A stretch of DNA of 63,747 nt, counting the filler, from Atractiella rhizophila (Eukaryota), in assembly GCA_021432655.1 (NCBI GenBank). It is 3 parts of 3 records of this genome, joined end to end, with 100 filler letters (N's around TTAATTAATTAA, not from the genome) between each part and the next. Parts side by side here need not be neighbours in the genome. Positions count along the whole stretch, not along the records: positions 56,528 to 63,747 come from MU271809.1; 2 more parts are not named here. The stretch is one strand, 5' to 3'. The notes beneath the pieces were generated by a model. The model searched no databases. It was not told the origin of the DNA and saw only the letters and a program-made list of their open reading frames with translations. Positions within the stretch are counted from its first letter, which is position 1. Each line of letters starts with the position of its first letter. Shown here in pieces: positions 62,506-63,747 of the stretch. Both the position numbers and the translations under genes were made by a program.

Positions 62506-63747
62506 GAGGCTCATTCACGTTTTCCAATATGTTCTCGCGCTCCACATAAGCTATTGGAACGCCGATTCTTCCAATCATGCGCGTCCATGCAATATTGACG
62601 GCGTCAAGAAACAACTATGGTTGAGGTACTTGAGATGACCATCGTTCTTACCTCTTATCAAACTAAACAGACACACAAAACACTTGCTATGCTGACAAAG
62701 GCAGCAGTTTTTTTTACTTTGAATCACGCTTTGGATCGAAAGACATAGCTTGAAAACGCAGCATGTTGTAACGACGCGCGATCTTCATCAACAAGCCAAA
62801 TACAACAAGCAAGCAGGCTACTCGGAAGGATATCCTCAATCGGCCATGAATGATAGGAATGTGCTGCTGATGGATCCATTAGCTCCTCTTGATGATGGGT
62901 TTTAGATACACTCTCACAATGTCGCCAGCGGGCGACAGTTCAAAGATTTGATCTATATCCCCCCCCTCGACCCATATGTGATTTCACGCGCCTTCAGGCC
63001 TTCAGGCTTAACCCTCTTCTTTCCCCTTCAATTCCTCTAGGAACCTAAGAGAGCAATACTAGACACGAAAAGAGCAGAATCGCGCCCCGAGATTTCTTGA
63101 AACTGAAGAGAGCGCAAAAGTCGCCGAGTATATCCCCAACATACTAGCCGCTTTCCATCGGGCCTTTCTCCGGCGCGATTTCGCTGGGGATTTTGAGTAG
63201 AAGGAGGAGGGAGACGGAGCTCTAATTAGGTTATAGTCCGATCTTTCGTTGGAGAGAAGTCAAGCTTTCAACGACCACGGACGCTGAACTGTCGAAGCAG
63301 GTCCAAGGCATCTCAGTATCAAGGAAATCGGATACAGATATTTGAGGAAAATATAACATTTAGCAAGTACTCCCTTGATCTGGAGGGCTGAAAGGCGAGA
63401 TCCTGCATAGTCTGCCAGTATTTGAGTGGTGAGTACTCGCACACTTGCACACGAAACGACGTAGAAGTGGGTGGGATGCACCTTGCAACCTTCAAGGTGG
63501 CTCATCAAAAAACTCCCTTGCTCCAGTGTCATCTGCTATCTGCTATCAGAGTGCACGTATGGTGGAGAGTTCCAAAAGGCAAGAGGCAAGATTCTAACAT
63601 GGTTCCGCTGTGATTCTAAAAGCAATGAACTGATGAGCTGAATTTGACGAGGTTGCCTGCATAATCGCGCTCTTGACTGTTTGGCTTTCCAGAGGACAAG
63701 GGACCAAAGCTTAGCGGCCATTAAGTAATCACAGAGCCAAGGTATTG

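Noticed and set aside
1..63747. CRISPR array, tRNA/rRNA genes, secondary-metabolite cluster or prokaryotic defence system
   Set aside because: None seen. The P450, cupin and BBE-like oxidase are scattered across scaffolds with no backbone synthase.

Overview
Intron-rich fungal (basidiomycete-like) genomic DNA made of three scaffolds joined by 100-nt N44-TTAATTAATTAA-N44 spacers (28198-28297, 56428-56527). It holds about 25 mostly housekeeping genes: CYP450, nucleotide-sugar transporter, ILV2, PHB1, AIF-like Rieske oxidoreductase, RPS29/RPS8, TFIIIC subunit, DBP9, cupin, Inn1/Fic1, IPK, IPI1, BBE-like oxidase, SRP68, MSF1 and the 5' part of KIN28. The main hidden signal is that the sequence on both sides of the three plain N-gaps (6149-7257, 7283-8917, ~17450-18630, 18803-~20315, ~56890-57870, 58125-61720; about 10 kb) is mirror-written: reversed but not complemented. 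It is therefore invisible to the six-frame track. Read backwards or complement-only, it supplies the missing 5' ends of ILV2 and the transporter, most of an Smr-domain gene, a ~300-aa ORF and two tandem GH16 glucanase genes. Three junctions rejoin flanking genes in frame to the base; the Smr junction does so within 3 nt. I read this as a gap-filling artefact, not a new biological system. Biological candidates include a C/D snoRNA in an RPS8 intron, a 2-nt microexon next to a GC-AG intron, and unusually long introns. All translations were done by hand; no database searches were run.
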